A stretch of 64,000 bases of DNA from assembly GCA_043812795.1 (NCBI GenBank), contig JBDRLU010000033.1, forward strand, positions 27,763 to 91,762, in the 5' to 3' direction. A program made the translations under genes and the position numbers. The stretch is from Chloroflexota bacterium. Its GTDB lineage: Bacteria > Chloroflexota > Dehalococcoidia > Dehalococcoidales > UBA2162. How positions within the stretch are numbered: the stretch's first letter is position 1; each line of letters begins with the position of its first letter. Positions 63,446 through 64,000 of this stretch are shown here, one piece after another. The notes beneath the pieces are model-generated. The model saw nothing but the letters and a program-made list of their open reading frames with translations. It was not told where the DNA came from and did not search any database.

Positions 63446-64000
63446 TTAGCGCCTGTAGATTGTTTTACCTTCTATTCGGGACTTATTCAGCCTCTTGTTC
63501 ACATGGAGGCCCTCGAGAACGAACTCCACGGCGGCCGCCATCACTTCCGGCCTTTCGGAATCGTTAACGACTTTGACGATATCAGCCAGGCCGACAATCT
63601 CCTTGACGTTACGCACGTAAGTCTTGGCACCCATCGTGTCCGAGACTTCGACACTGAAGCCACCGGAAAATTGGGTCACTATTTCTTCAAGCTTATGCAT
63701 ACGGTAATAGCGGTTGAAAACATCGAACACGGCTTTCTTGATTAAATCATCGATAACCTTGTCCTCTTTGTTATCTTCGAAACTTTCCAGCTCCACCTTG
63801 CCGCTGGTCGAGGAAATGATGTAGGAGAGGTCGCTGATACGGGGCACGGCCAGCTTCTCACCGAGCAAGGTAGCCCGCCTGACGGCATTACTTAAAATGG
63901 TCTCATAATTGGCAATTGATACCCGGACACTTACGCCGGAACGCTGGTTGATATCGGGGCTTTTGCGGGCTAATTGGGTTATTCCGGCGATAAATCTCCT
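63446..64000 (-). CDS. AAA+ ATPase (ChlI/MoxR-like), C-terminal part (gene continues beyond window end)
   Basis: The frame is open to the window edge: RRFIAGITQLARKSPDINQRSGVSVRVSIANYETILSNAVRRATLLGEKLAVPRISDL.... This resembles the lid/C-terminal region of Mg-chelatase-type AAA+ proteins that pair with vWA partners. Confidence 0.6.
   Translation of the reverse strand, partial: RRFIAGITQLARKSPDINQRSGVSVRVSIANYETILSNAVRRATLLGEKLAVPRISDLSYIISSTSGKVELESFEDNKEDKVIDDLIKKAVFDVFNRYYRMHKLEEIVTQFSGGFSVEVSDTMGAKTYVRNVKEIVGLADIVKVVNDSERPEVMAAAVEFVLEGLHVNKRLNKSRIEGKTIYRR

Noticed and set aside
1-64000. A search for rRNA, CRISPR arrays, integrases, transposases, prophage structural genes, and known restriction-modification, toxin-antitoxin or Cas genes.
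   Set aside because: None was recognised on either strand. The only compositionally foreign blocks are 6.0-6.9 kb and 50.7-52.85 kb.

Overview
This is a gene-dense 64-kb chromosomal window of roughly 55% GC (estimated by eye). It holds about 60 protein genes and one tRNA (Gly-CCC). I recognised no rRNA, CRISPR array, integrase or transposase.

The gene content is that of a strict anaerobe that ferments or degrades organic and amino acids:
- two tungsten-type aldehyde:ferredoxin oxidoreductases
- indolepyruvate:ferredoxin oxidoreductase (iorAB)
- a UbiD/UbiX decarboxylase set
- butyrate kinase
- four family-III CoA-transferases with a thiolase/DUF35/hydratase module
- HMG-CoA lyase

The REP-like palindromes and gene mix resemble Chloroflexota-type MAGs. 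That is only an impression, not a result.

Most noteworthy observations:
1. **AT-rich insertion (50.7-52.85 kb).** A 2.2-kb insertion splits two paralogous CoA-transferase pairs. It carries a tight three-gene cassette of unrecognised proteins: three related winged-helix-like modules, the last fused to a degenerate PLD/MIT_C-like 'DPY...HDRY' domain. This is my best candidate for an undescribed conflict or mobile-element system.
2. **Oxc/HACL plus formyltransferase (40.8-44.8 kb).** An oxalyl-CoA decarboxylase/2-hydroxyacyl-CoA lyase-type TPP enzyme is followed by a stand-alone formyltransferase of the Fmt/ArnA/FDH-N superfamily (by eye nearest the FDH-N/ArnA branch). An OFA-type MFS gene lies upstream. 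The pairing suggests formyl-CoA-to-tetrahydrofolate transfer.
3. **Selenoprotein MsrA.** A lipoprotein-type MsrA has an in-frame TGA exactly at the catalytic Cys, with a hairpin 13 nt downstream.
4. **Leader terminators.** Three minus-strand genes are preceded by a consensus promoter, a Shine-Dalgarno-led mini-ORF and a strong intrinsic terminator. Two of the promoters share a 32-nt repeat.
5. **Disrupted genes.** Five otherwise ordinary genes are broken: four by frameshifts (three in G runs) and one by an in-frame TAA. This points either to assembly indel errors or to ongoing gene decay.
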